Assembly (NCBI GenBank): GCA_963799845.1
Contig: CAWCYI010000006.1
Coordinates: forward strand, 992,001 to 1,056,000
Source: an uncultured Nitrososphaerota archaeon
GTDB lineage: Archaea > Thermoproteota > Nitrososphaeria > Nitrososphaerales > CADDZS01
Reading direction: 5' to 3'
DNA length: 64,000 bases
The notes below the pieces were generated by a model. It was not told the origin of the DNA, ran no database searches, and worked only from the letters and a program-made list of their open reading frames with translations. Below are positions 31,305 to 41,508 of this stretch, piece by piece (within the stretch, counting starts at the first letter, position 1; each line of letters starts with the position of its first letter). The position numbers and the translations under genes are program-made.

Positions 31305-31793
31305 ATGACAGATGAGATTCTTTTGAAGCCCATAGGAGTCGTGCATACAAAAGCAGGGCCTGACGAGATAAGAAAGAGAACTCCGGGGATCGAGTCAGTC
31401 GTGGAGATTTTTCCGGAGTATCAGGACGGATTGGAAGGAGTGGAAGAATTCTCCCATATTTTTGTACTGGGGTACTTTCACAGTCTTAGACCCGAGCAGG
31501 TCGGACCACTTAGGGTGAAGCCGAGAGGGCTGCTCAGACTGGGACTGAGGCTAGAGGATCTCCCAACAGTGGGTGTCTTCTCACTTGATTCTCCCACCCG
31601 CCCTAACTCTATCGGTCTTTCACTAGTCCCTCTCATCAGGAGGCAGGAGAACAAACTCACAGTCTCAGGGCTAGATTATTTTGATGGCACCCCAGTGCTC
31701 GATCTCAAACCCTATCAGTCAAGCTATCGAGTTGAAGACTACAAAATCCCGGAGTGGCATACGAAGTTGCTGCAAAAGGCACGCCGCATCTGA
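31305..31793 (+). CDS. tsaA: TrmO/TsaA family tRNA m6t6A37 methyltransferase-like protein
   Basis: LKPIGVV, FSHIFVL, GVF..SP.RPNSIGLS, GLDYFDGTPVLDLKPY. Confidence 0.88.
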   Translation: MTDEILLKPIGVVHTKAGPDEIRKRTPGIESVVEIFPEYQDGLEGVEEFSHIFVLGYFHSLRPEQVGPLRVKPRGLLRLGLRLEDLPTVGVFSLDSPTRPNSIGLSLVPLIRRQENKLTVSGLDYFDGTPVLDLKPYQSSYRVEDYKIPEWHTKLLQKARRI

Positions 31794-32049
31794 GAGCAAA
31801 AGCTATCAATCGACCAGGTCGATCGGCGCTCAGATGTTTAACAGATTCGAGCCCTGATGAAAAAGATAGGTATTCCGTGGTAAATTAGCTAAAAGAGGGT
31901 ACTCATCGAAATCGGAAAATATTCTTTCCCTCTAAGAATCTCGGCTGTATTTAGCATTCTACCAAAAGCGATAGCCGTCAGACGAACGTAACTGTATTGA
32001 ATATCGGCGCAGTGGTTTTTCCCGTAAACAACGGAAGCTTACTCGAGGA

Positions 32050-32308
32050 ACTGCGACATAGAAGAGGCGAGAAAAATAATTGAGAGCTTGGAGAAAAGCT
32101 CGAAGGAGTGCCCCATCGCTGGCGCGATAACAGCAGTCTACCTGGCTTTGGGAGACCTCGAAAATACTTTTCTCTAAGCCGAAAAAGCCTTCGAGGAGCA
32201 CAACCCGGGCTTTCTCAGTGCCCTAAACACAGTATATGAGTGGACAGCGTCCGTTCCGACCCAAGATTTATCGCACTGCTTGAGAAAGCAGGTCGGAAGG
32301 TCGATTAA
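32050..32308 (+). pseudogene. C-terminal TPR fragment of a TolB-like/adenylate-cyclase-type protein
   Basis: AVYLALGDLE..*AEKAFEEH..VRSDPRFIALLEKAG, with a stop and a frameshift. Confidence 0.6.
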
Positions 32309-32353
32309 GATCATGTTCCCTTGATTCGGTTATCTGAAATTATCTCTAGTTAC

Positions 32354-32535
32354 CTCTCCAGAGCAACTCTATGTAGAATCGAATATTCTACTTTGTTGCT
32401 GAGCCTGGATACGAACAGAGGGGTCCTGGGAGTTAGAATTGAACCAAGTTAGGTCGAATCCCAACCTAATTTGACAATTTTTTACTAGTAAATTCGTGCG
32501 GGGGCCACATTCCGCACTCATGATTTACTAGTAAA
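32354..32535 (+). repeat. Dispersed structured repeat R3, copy b (longest)
   Basis: Nested hairpins plus two TTTACTAGTAAA palindromes flanking a GTGCGG..CCGCAC hairpin. Confidence 0.88.
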
Positions 32536-32871
32536 AGTTTTCTGACTTTGTTTTGGACTCGATTTTGATTCCCGTTATCAATTAAAACTTGCATTTTCCA
32601 GTTACCGGCTGGAAATCCGAGTAAGGAGCAAATGGCGAGAATACTTTTCCCGTTGGAGTAGTTGTTCCAGTTACAGTTGCAGTGAACTTTGCACTGCAAG
32701 CAGATGCGAGACCACGACAAATCATATTTCCTGTACCATCCCAGGGGCACGGACTACTGTTGAATAAATAACCTCTGCAGGCCACCATTCTACTTGAGCC
32801 GCGATTCCCAGGATTGATAATCGTCTGCATTGTTTATTTCATTCTAACATTGTGAAGGTAAATGAATTGCA

Positions 32872-33666
32872 ATGCCCAAAATGAGAGTGAATGACATCGA
32901 AATCTACTATGAAGTGCATGGCGAAGGCTTTCCATTAGTGATGGTTCACGGGTTAGGTGCAAACTTAGATTGGTGGGATCCGAGCATGGTCCAAGAACTT
33001 TCCAAGAGATTCATGACGGTCACGTTTGATAACAGGGGGGCTGGACGCACCGACGTATCTGACAGAAAATATACCATCAGACTGTTTGCCGATGACACAG
33101 CAGGTCTGATGGATGGCTTGGGGATTTCCAGGGCTCACGTGCTTGGGCTTTCAATGGGTGGAATGATAGCGCAAGAGCTGGTGCTCAACTACCCCCAGAA
33201 AGTCGAAAAGCTTGTTCTCTGCTCCACCAACTGCGGAGGCGTAGAGTCAATTCGAGCATCTAATGATGTGTTGAGAATGCTCGTGGTCGATAGAAGCACT
33301 TTGTCCCAGAAAGAAATATCCAAAATGATGATTTCAGTTACTCTGACCGAAGATTTCGTCGAGAAGAGCCCTGACCTGGTGGAGCTTATCATACAACGGG
33401 GCCTCAAGGCTCCGATTTCAGACGAAGCCTACAAGCGTCAATTGAGCGCGATCTCGGGATTCAACACCCGTGATAGGCTACTTCAGATTAAGGCCCCCAC
33501 TCTGATATTAGTTGGCAAGAAGGATATTCTCATTCCTCCTGAGAATGGTTCAATCTTGGCTGAAGTCATTCCCAACGCTAAGCTTGTCTATCTTGAAAGG
33601 TCAGCCCACGCTCTTACAGAAGATATGGATGAAGTAATCAACTCTGTAAGAGGTTTCCTTGGCTAA
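32872..33666 (+). CDS. Alpha/beta hydrolase (enol-lactone hydrolase/MenH-like)
   Basis: HGLG, DNRGAGRT, GLSMGG nucleophile elbow, GKKD, SAH. Confidence 0.92.
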   Translation: MPKMRVNDIEIYYEVHGEGFPLVMVHGLGANLDWWDPSMVQELSKRFMTVTFDNRGAGRTDVSDRKYTIRLFADDTAGLMDGLGISRAHVLGLSMGGMIAQELVLNYPQKVEKLVLCSTNCGGVESIRASNDVLRMLVVDRSTLSQKEISKMMISVTLTEDFVEKSPDLVELIIQRGLKAPISDEAYKRQLSAISGFNTRDRLLQIKAPTLILVGKKDILIPPENGSILAEVIPNAKLVYLERSAHALTEDMDEVINSVRGFLG

Positions 33667-33810
33667 CTTTTGCACTATCGTAAATGAGTACGTGGAAGTT
33701 CCTCTTTCTTTGTGTAATTAGTCTGAGCTTGGACTGTTTGCATAGCGAAGACGATTCCGTGACAATCTTTAGGGCATCCAGAACATAATCACTACGGTGC
33801 CAGTTAACAA

Positions 33811-34289
33811 GTGAAAGGCGTTTACATTTTGCTCTTCAGAATCACAAACGATTTCTCAAGATCTGTTGGATTACTCGGACGAGTGCATTTCGAAAAGGGG
33901 AATTATGCTTATGTGGGCTCGGCCCAGTCTTCTCTCTTTCCCAGATTGGAAAGACATTATGCAAAGAAGAAGCGAGTGCATTGGCATATCGATTATTTGA
34001 CGACTTCAAAAAACACGAACATTAAGAGCGCTATCTATTCTGCCGCAGATACGAAAGAGATCGAGTGCCGATTGAGTGCGATGCTCTCAACATTGAGCTT
34101 TTCGAAGCTGTTCCATCTCTTGGCGTAACCGACTGCGAACATGGGTGCAAGTCGCACCTCTTCGTTATGAACGTACCTTGGAAATGCATTACATCTTCGA
34201 TAATTGAGATTTACGAGAAGCTGGGTCTTCGGGCAGTGCTATACAAACATAGAATGCGAACCGTATGCGCGGCAACGGAAACTAACTAA
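33811..34289 (+). CDS. GIY-YIG nuclease (DUF123/Uri family), frameshift near 34110
   Basis: KGVYIL, YAYVGSA, RLERH, HWHIDYL, then TDC..CKSHLF in another frame. Confidence 0.85.
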
Positions 34290-34380
34290 ATCGAATTCGT
34301 CAGTACATGAGGTTATCACATGTAAGAATCGTGTTGATACTTTATAGGCTGATTCGACCCAGTAACTAGATGTTTTACGA

Positions 34381-34584
34381 ATGATAACGTGCCCGTCTTG
34401 CGGAAAAGAAAACAGTGATGCGGATGCAAGCTATTGCACTTACTGCGGAGTGAGCTTGCAAGTCGAGCAAGAGCTTGGTCTGACCGGCGCGACTCGATCG
34501 ATTGGGCTTTTGGCACACTCAAATTATTCATCAGGAGGAAGGTTATCATTGCCCCCGTCAATCCGAAGAATTGTTTATGGTTAG
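34381..34584 (+). CDS. Zinc-ribbon protein (possibly truncated)
   Basis: CPSCGKEN..DASYCTYCG. Confidence 0.6.
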   Translation: MITCPSCGKENSDADASYCTYCGVSLQVEQELGLTGATRSIGLLAHSNYSSGGRLSLPPSIRRIVYG

Positions 34585-34596
34585 GCGAACAAGGAA

Positions 34597-36651
34597 ATGC
34601 CCGTCCCAGAAGAGAGTTCATCAAAGCCTTTCCTAACCGGACAAGGAATGTTTGTTGACGACCTTCATCTTGAAGGAATGTTGCACCTCAAGATTGTCAG
34701 GAGCCCTTTTGCACGCGCCCGAATTCTCAAGGTGGAAGGTGGTATAAATGGATCTGAACTCAAGGCAAATTTGGCCTCAGTGGGAGAAGGATCTTGGGGT
34801 GGTGGAGCCGTTTCCGTCCCGTATCCTGTGCTTGCGTCTGATTATGTAAGCTATGTCGGCCAGCCAGTGGCTGCAGTTCTTGCGGATGATCGGTACAAGG
34901 CCGAAGACCTGATGGAAGAGATCAACGTCGATTACGATGCCATGAGATCACTTGTAAATCCGGAGGATGCCTTTGACTTCGAACCGATACATCCCGGCTC
35001 AAAGTCAAACATCATTAGTAAGGTGGAATTGGGTGAGGATTTTCAGATCGACGCTCCAGTTGTCTTGGAAGATACACTTGTGAACTCGAGGATTTCTCCA
35101 AATCCCATCGAGCCGCGAGGACTCGTCGCAAGCTACGACGGATCGAAGCTAACTGTCTGGGCTTCAACGCAATCTATTCACAGTTGGAAGGACGGAATAA
35201 CTGGCGTTACGAAACTCCCTCCGGAATCCGTTAGGATAATACAAATGGATACGGGAGGTGCCTTCGGGACAAAGAGTGGGCTCTATCCAGAATACGCAAT
35301 CGCCTGTTACGCAACTATGAAGATGAAGAGGCCGGTAAAGTGGATAGAAACAAGGTCAGAGCATTTGCTTGCGACTTCACACGGAAGAGGTGCAAGAGGC
35401 AGAATCAAAGTCTACGCCGATACACAAGGTCACGTGAGTGGTCTCAAAGCAGATCTGCTCATTGACAATGGTGCGTTTGCTACTGGAATTGGAGGTTTTA
35501 TGTCTAGTTGGATTGGTTTCCAGCTTACTGGTCCTTACGCAATCGACAAAATATTCGTGACTGGCGCTTCAGTGTTCACCAACAAAGTGCCACTCGGACC
35601 ATACAGAGGAGCAGGAAGACCAGAGGCTGCCTTTTTCTATGAAAGAACGATGGATCATCTTGCCGATGAGCTGCATATTGACCCCGTAGAAGTGAGGTTG
35701 AGGAATGTGAGTGCAAAGCCGTTTACCTCATCACTTGGTTTGAGCATTGAGCCATTCGAACCTTTTCTGAGATCCGCGATAAAGGAACTTGGGTATTCGA
35801 ACGCAAGCAAATCAGAGACTAACAGTGGTTTCTCATGTTTCATACTTGTTTCATCCATCGCACCTGGAGAGTCCGCCAGGATTTCTGTCGGCGAGGGAAC
35901 CGTTAGAGTCTGGATGGGCGGAAGCCAAGGCGGGCAGGATCATGAGACCATTGCTCGCGACCTTGTCAGTCAAGAATTAGGAATCCCGCCTTCGGTAATC
36001 AGGCTTGAACGTGGCGACACCGAGCAATTGGACCAGGGAGCAGGTACCTGGGGGAGCAGATCAGCGGTTGTCGGCGGAGCTGCTCTAATCGAAGCTTCAA
36101 AGAAGATAAGGGAGCAGGCGAGGGCCGAACTGGGTAACTTCACGACCGAAGAATTGTTGAAGCACAACTTCGATGTCACCGTATTTCATGACGACTCTGA
36201 GCCAGTAGTGTCGTTCGGAGCAAATTTGGCGAAAGTTTCAGTTGACAGAGAAACCGGAATGGCAAGCCTAAATGAATGCGTTGCATATTACGATGCCGGC
36301 AGAGTCCTGAACCCGTTCATGGCAGAGGGTCAATCTACGGGTGGGACGGTACAGGGAATAGGCCAGGTGCTGTGGGAAGAAGCCATGTACGATAAAGATG
36401 GTCAGTTGATTGTGGGCACGATGGAGGATGCAGGTATTCCCAGCGCATCACTGATTGGCAGGATAACAATTCAGCTCGTAGAACACGCCTCCGAGCTTGG
36501 CTACCCTATCAAGGGAATCGGTGAAGCAGCGACCACGGGTGTGCCCCCTGCAGTTATTAGAGCACTTGAGAAAAATCTCGGCAGTAGGTTATGCAGGACG
36601 CCTGTCCGCGCAGAAGAGATTCTTGCACTCTTACTCCGTCGATTCTCTTAA
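34597..36651 (+). CDS. Xanthine dehydrogenase-family molybdopterin large subunit (CoxL/CutA-like)
   Basis: GGAFGTK, RPVKWIETRSE, PYRGAGRPEA, TWGSRS, KGIGEA. Confidence 0.92.
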   Translation: MPVPEESSSKPFLTGQGMFVDDLHLEGMLHLKIVRSPFARARILKVEGGINGSELKANLASVGEGSWGGGAVSVPYPVLASDYVSYVGQPVAAVLADDRYKAEDLMEEINVDYDAMRSLVNPEDAFDFEPIHPGSKSNIISKVELGEDFQIDAPVVLEDTLVNSRISPNPIEPRGLVASYDGSKLTVWASTQSIHSWKDGITGVTKLPPESVRIIQMDTGGAFGTKSGLYPEYAIACYATMKMKRPVKWIETRSEHLLATSHGRGARGRIKVYADTQGHVSGLKADLLIDNGAFATGIGGFMSSWIGFQLTGPYAIDKIFVTGASVFTNKVPLGPYRGAGRPEAAFFYERTMDHLADELHIDPVEVRLRNVSAKPFTSSLGLSIEPFEPFLRSAIKELGYSNASKSETNSGFSCFILVSSIAPGESARISVGEGTVRVWMGGSQGGQDHETIARDLVSQELGIPPSVIRLERGDTEQLDQGAGTWGSRSAVVGGAALIEASKKIREQARAELGNFTTEELLKHNFDVTVFHDDSEPVVSFGANLAKVSVDRETGMASLNECVAYYDAGRVLNPFMAEGQSTGGTVQGIGQVLWEEAMYDKDGQLIVGTMEDAGIPSASLIGRITIQLVEHASELGYPIKGIGEAATTGVPPAVIRALEKNLGSRLCRTPVRAEEILALLLRRFS

Positions 36652-36661
36652 ATCTCGATTG

Positions 36662-36770
36662 GTCGGTCCCAACTGGCGAGGACAGTCAAGAACACAACGA
36701 TCAAGTTGGATCCCCGGGGCATCGAAACGTCTATTCCGTATATGCTTCACAAAAAGACCCCGGGGCAATT
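36662..36770 (+). repeat. Dispersed repeat R4, copy b
   Basis: Matches the reverse complement of 19528-19650. Confidence 0.8.
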
Positions 36771-36839
36771 ATCCTATCCAACGTAGCCTAGCGCTTCTCA
36801 ATAGATATTTATCGGCCTCAATATTTCAGTAATTTTTGT

Positions 36840-37115
36840 TTGAGTACAGATTCCCCGCCGAAGAATGTTCCGATTATGATCAGGGAGCTTAGCGGTAGAA
36901 TGCTATCAGGTATAATCAGCGGAATGTACACACGCCGAGATGGTACTTTTGTGGCTCAATTATCGAAAGTCTCAATCCTCGAAATAAGGGGATTGGGAAA
37001 AGGACTAGAACCGATTTACGATAAGAAAAGCAAGATCAATGGAATTGTCAATGTTCCACTTGACAAGATAGTTTTTTGGGAAAAGCTACCCGACTATCTG
37101 AAACTTGATCCCTGA
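36840..37115 (+). CDS. Hypothetical protein, possible Sm/LSm-like fold
   Basis: IMIRELSGRMLSGII...L..V...GIVNVPLDKIVF resembles Sm1/Sm2 spacing. Confidence 0.5.
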   Translation: MSTDSPPKNVPIMIRELSGRMLSGIISGMYTRRDGTFVAQLSKVSILEIRGLGKGLEPIYDKKSKINGIVNVPLDKIVFWEKLPDYLKLDP

Positions 37116-37384
37116 AAGGTTCTTTTCCTGAAGAGGAGCTACCAAAACGCGAAATTAAAACTTTGTACATTAAATCAAATAATGAGAATTAGAACAAAAA
37201 TCATAGTCATTGCTACCATTTCGATTGTTAGATTATTTCTATTTGCGCCGATTATTCCGATGAATCCACTTTTTTTCTACGGTTCTGGTAGCTACTATCT
37301 CAATGGAATCTGTGGACAATGGTTCTTCAACCGTGAGCTTGCTCATGCCACGTACTCATTTTCGTTCTAATCCAATTTTCTTGA

Positions 37385-37601
37385 TATACCAAAATGCAAG
37401 CTCAGAGAGCAGACGCGAGTTAACAGGAGGCCATGTCGTCGTAGCCGTCGGTTTGATGATTCTAATCAATGGTTTATTCTGAGAAATTCCTGGGGAAGTG
37501 TATGGGGATTGCAAGGATACTTTACACTTCCGTACACTTACCTCCTCAACCAGAATCTTGTAAGCGATTTCTGGACAATTCGCCTAGTCAGTGGCAAATG
37601 A
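37385..37601 (+). pseudogene. C-terminal fragment of a C1A papain-like cysteine peptidase
   Basis: GGHVVVAVG / DDSNQWFILRNSWGSVWGLQGYF...SDFWTIR with one frameshift. Confidence 0.8.
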
Positions 37602-37960
37602 TTATGTTAACCGAGGTCCAGTGAAAAATCCTTGAAATACCGTAACCATGAAGTTTGATAGATAAAAGATTTGATTGCCCTTGATTCTTCTAGAATTGCT
37701 TGGATATTCCAATGTGCATACGTCAGATTACAACAATTCTTCTACCGATTCAGACAGAAGGTCTCTCCATGTCCCAGTCTTTAACTATTCAGTTTATCCT
37801 TTGCGAGAACAGAAGGTTCCAAGAAACATGATGAACAATGAAAAAGTCTGATGTGGCCGTTTTGAAAGGGCCTACTAGATAAGGCGAGAAAGGTTCTGAA
37901 ATCACCAAGAATTGATCACTGAAATTTATCACTGGTAGATTAAACAGAATGGAAATTATG

Positions 37961-38605
37961 CTACATTCTCGCAAATTTCTCCCCAGTAACTATGAACACC
38001 ACAGATTCACCTATGTAGGAGGAGTGATCTGCGATCCTCTCTAGATACCGGAGGATCAGCATCGCCGATATGTCACACTTTTTGGGAGAAGGATCGCTGA
38101 TGATCTTCGCGATGTGCATGCGGTATTTTTCATCAACGTAATCATCGAGTTTCTTTACGTTCTTCCCAAGCTCGGCGTCCCTGTTTGTGAAAGCGTCGAT
38201 GCTCATACGTATCATCTCCTTCGTGGTCTTGCCAGTCAGTTCGACGGTGGTATGATCGCATTTTGATTGGTCACCAAACATATCCAAAACTTCCGCGATG
38301 TCCAGGGCATATCTTCCAAAGCGTGAGAAACCATATGCTATCTCGATACTCGCCTTGATGAAACGTAGATCCGAAGCAACGGGTTGGTATCGTGCGATCA
38401 ATTCCAGAGCGACTTCGCTGACCTCTTCCTCGTCTCTCCTGAGTTCGTCCGACCAAGCACGGATCTCGCCCGTAACGTTCTTGCCGGATACGTAAGCGTC
38501 AATTGATGTTGCAACTGATTTTTCAGAAAGAGCTGCCATGCTTAGTAACGTGTTAGACAGCCTTTCCAGTCCTACGTCCATGAGTCTTGGCAAATTTCTG
38601 ATCAC
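37961..38605 (-). CDS. phoU: Phosphate signalling complex protein PhoU
   Basis: IARYQPVASDLRF, LDDYVD, RYLERIADH. Confidence 0.9.
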   Translation of the reverse strand: MIRNLPRLMDVGLERLSNTLLSMAALSEKSVATSIDAYVSGKNVTGEIRAWSDELRRDEEEVSEVALELIARYQPVASDLRFIKASIEIAYGFSRFGRYALDIAEVLDMFGDQSKCDHTTVELTGKTTKEMIRMSIDAFTNRDAELGKNVKKLDDYVDEKYRMHIAKIISDPSPKKCDISAMLILRYLERIADHSSYIGESVVFIVTGEKFARM

Positions 38606-38698
38606 CAGATAGTTGATTCACAAATGTACAGGATAAGTTACTCCAGTTGAATATGCAAGCACGAATCCAAATACAAACTTTGAATCAAAATCCCATGG

Positions 38699-40447
38699 TT
38701 ATATCAAGACACCTACACTTGTCCTCTTCAGGCAAATTCGGGAAATGACAGCGCTCTTGACGATTTGTATGCCTAAATGCTCCATTAGCTTAGGCTGGGA
38801 CTGTTGTCTTTCGAGCTTCCCCACTAGGATCTTACCTGGGCGTGCTTTGTAGTCGGGAATCCCAACTCCAATTGCGATCATAGCGCTTTTTGCAGAGGCA
38901 TGTGGAGAAAAGAATTCTGTAATCGCGTCGTCGTAAAACGTCGAGCCCGAAGCTCCTAAGTTGAGCGAGTATGAAGATAAGTAGACATTACCAGCGATCA
39001 CTCCTGCTTCAAGCTGTGCAACTCTGTAGCCTCGATTTCCCATTGCTCGAAAGAGAAATGACAAGTCGGCCATTGTAAAGAGGACGGCACTTGCATCGCC
39101 AAACAGAGGTTGCTCTAAGCACAAGTAACTAGACATATTTCGAAAGTTCCCAAGCTTCAGTAGCTCGAGAGATTGATTAGCATGATTGTGAAAGTAAGAT
39201 CCTGAAGAAAGCCCGTCTACAGCGTTGGCAATCATGTATATGTCATTAAACTGGGTCATGGAATTACCAGAAAGCGGAACTCCTCTAGTTGAAGAATGCA
39301 AAATCCACGATAGCTTTGCAAATGGAATTGGTCTCCTTGCAAATCTGCGGGTGGAACCTCTGCGAAGTATCGTCTCTGATAAAGGGAGGCCTTTCAATCT
39401 AGTCTCTTCCTGCAATTGAAGGGCGACTATCTTGTCATGAGGATTACTTTTTGGTTCTCTGTTTTGTAAAGAAACTTCAGCTAGTTTCTCGTTCCAAGAC
39501 GTAACTTGCTTTTTCTCAAAAAGGGAGGAAGCTTCGTTCATTTCCCAAATCAATGGATAACTGTGCTCTTCGCTTGAAAGCGGAACCGTCTCAAGCACCA
39601 GAGGAACTGATGTTTCGTTTCTTGACAGATTGTCAGGAGGAGAGAAAGATTCTGGTCCAGCCCCAACGGGTACGAGAGCAATCACCGCTTCTTTTCTATC
39701 CTCTAGTCCGAGAAGCTTCTCAATCTCACGATCCACAAATCCCGTAACGACGCACGCTCTGAGCTTTTCGGAACTACAGATCGCGAGGAGGTTGGCGGCT
39801 ATTACACCTGAATCCCAGAACCAGTGACGATACGACCGAGCCTCATATTTCCAGGCATTCCTCCATGCATGTGAAGTAAAAATGACAGTAAGGGGAGACG
39901 AAATGATATCCGCATTGTTGCCTGCAATTGAAGAAAGCTCACCTCTGTTATCTCCACTGCGTAGTTGTGTGAGAGCGAAATCCGCGGGAGCAAAATGATA
40001 CACCCCGGCCTTCAACCCAAGCAAGTCCTTGCAAATTAGATACAACTCTATCGGATAGAGCGCACCCGTCGCCGAGGCAGCTCGCATGTAGTAAACTTCC
40101 CCGCCGATGTGCATCTTCCGCGTGAGGCCTGCGCAAAAGAAAAGGAGCTCGGCAACTTTCTTGAGATCAATACTCTCTCCAGAAGCGCCATTTAACGCAG
40201 AAGCAAGAGCATCCAGCGAGTTAGTCTTAGGTTGAGGAAACTCATGCGGAAGAGGAATTGAAGATAAATTGCTCTGATAGATCTTGAAGGGGATCGGTTT
40301 GTTTGCAAAGTCCAATCTGTGGCTGTTAATTCTTATGCTAAACTCTGAGTGCTTCGTCGCCTCATGGTATTGCGAGGCGATTTCAATCTCATTGTTGTCG
40401 GACAGGTGACCTGACAATGTAAGACCAACACAACCTTTGACTCTCAC
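38699..40447 (-). CDS. SagB/ThcOx-type double nitroreductase-domain dehydrogenase
   Basis: YHEATKH, RAASATGALYPIELY, WKYEARSYR, second domain RRGSTRRF..RGYRVAQLEAG..FYDD. Confidence 0.88.
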   Translation of the reverse strand: MRVKGCVGLTLSGHLSDNNEIEIASQYHEATKHSEFSIRINSHRLDFANKPIPFKIYQSNLSSIPLPHEFPQPKTNSLDALASALNGASGESIDLKKVAELLFFCAGLTRKMHIGGEVYYMRAASATGALYPIELYLICKDLLGLKAGVYHFAPADFALTQLRSGDNRGELSSIAGNNADIISSPLTVIFTSHAWRNAWKYEARSYRHWFWDSGVIAANLLAICSSEKLRACVVTGFVDREIEKLLGLEDRKEAVIALVPVGAGPESFSPPDNLSRNETSVPLVLETVPLSSEEHSYPLIWEMNEASSLFEKKQVTSWNEKLAEVSLQNREPKSNPHDKIVALQLQEETRLKGLPLSETILRRGSTRRFARRPIPFAKLSWILHSSTRGVPLSGNSMTQFNDIYMIANAVDGLSSGSYFHNHANQSLELLKLGNFRNMSSYLCLEQPLFGDASAVLFTMADLSFLFRAMGNRGYRVAQLEAGVIAGNVYLSSYSLNLGASGSTFYDDAITEFFSPHASAKSAMIAIGVGIPDYKARPGKILVGKLERQQSQPKLMEHLGIQIVKSAVISRICLKRTSVGVLI

Positions 40448-40619
40448 TTGAATATTTAGTCAAAAGGTTATTCTCTACCAGTCTATAATCCTAGGATTTA
40501 TGCTGGTGAGCCCAGAATATAAATCGGAGGCGCGAGGTGATTTTTAATTCGTCCCTTATGGAGAGAGTCAACCCCGGATTGTAATCATCGTTCGCGGAGT
40601 GCTTACAATTAATGTAGAC

Positions 40620-41078
40620 TTAGAAATTACCCATAAGCAATTTTGTTGTCTTTTCATCGAAGTGGTAATTGGCACGATACTTCCTGCAAAGGTCAATGAT
40701 TTCTGGTAGTTTGCGCTGAACGGCCTCCAGCGTCTCTTGGGCAAGTGGATCAGTGTCAGCAAATTGAGTTTTTGTGCCTGTCGATAATTCGATTTTGAAA
40801 GTTCTCCCTTGCTTCTTAGTTTTACTGTTAATCACTTTCGACCTTTCGTCTTCTTTCTGCGAATTTTTCTCCGTCGAATCTCTCTCTGCCGAGGTCCGCA
40901 GGACTAACCATATTTCATAATTCATGAAAGGTGAAACATTCGCTCTAGGCTCGACCAGGGATTGATGGGTCTCATAAGAAATCAGAATGCGATAGCTCCC
41001 TCTTCCTTCTTTGCATACACTCTCGAAGTATTCTGGAAGCGTTCGAGGCAGTCCAAAGAGCTTGTAGCCGAGTGTCAA
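40620..41078 (-). CDS. Hypothetical protein
   Basis: 152-aa ORF with protein-like composition, no family recognised. Confidence 0.5.
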   Translation of the reverse strand: MTLGYKLFGLPRTLPEYFESVCKEGRGSYRILISYETHQSLVEPRANVSPFMNYEIWLVLRTSAERDSTEKNSQKEDERSKVINSKTKKQGRTFKIELSTGTKTQFADTDPLAQETLEAVQRKLPEIIDLCRKYRANYHFDEKTTKLLMGNF

Positions 41079-41364
41079 CCTGATGATATTACCTCGAAGC
41101 TATTCTCCGACAATGAAGTGATTTTCCCAATATTTTTCTACGTTAATTGAAGCCAAGGGCGCTGATCAACTCCTCCTTCCGAAGAACTTTTTCACCTCTT
41201 TCTCATGATGCTCCAATATTTTACTATACGTCGGTTATCCACTTCCGAAGAGACATTTGTTTGGCTATGGAAATCTCCAGAAAAAGGAGCTTTGACAGGG
41301 GATAAATGATTCAACTGTATATAGTAGAAAGTATGATGTCTAGGAGTGGGAACCGAGCGATGTA

Positions 41365-41508
41365 ATGGTAAGTTCTGACTTTTGCGATATCTGCGGATCT
41401 GACGAAGAAATAAGTTACTGCACGTTCCACAAGAAGTTTCTCTGTCTGGCTTGCGATTGGAAATTGCATTCGGTTGAAATTAAACGGGCATACGAACTTT
41501 ATAGTTAG
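41365..41508 (+). CDS. Stand-alone B-box-type zinc finger microprotein (47 aa)
   Basis: Manual translation MVSSDFCDICGSDEEISYCTFHKKFLCLACDWKLHSVEIKRAYELYS; TATA-like TGTATATA ~45 nt upstream. Confidence 0.65.
   Translation: MVSSDFCDICGSDEEISYCTFHKKFLCLACDWKLHSVEIKRAYELYS

Noticed and set aside
34597-36651. Aerobic CO dehydrogenase (form I CoxL)
   Set aside because: The active-site loop is PYRGAGR, not AYxCSFR, and no CoxM/CoxS genes are adjacent.
36667-36711. Integron attC site in R4
   Set aside because: CCCAAC...GTTGGAT is only ~45 bp, lacks L boxes, and no integron integrase is in the window.
38699-40447. Thiazole/oxazole RiPP cluster around the SagB-like gene
   Set aside because: No YcaO, E1-like protein or precursor is nearby; stand-alone double-domain SagB-like genes are common.
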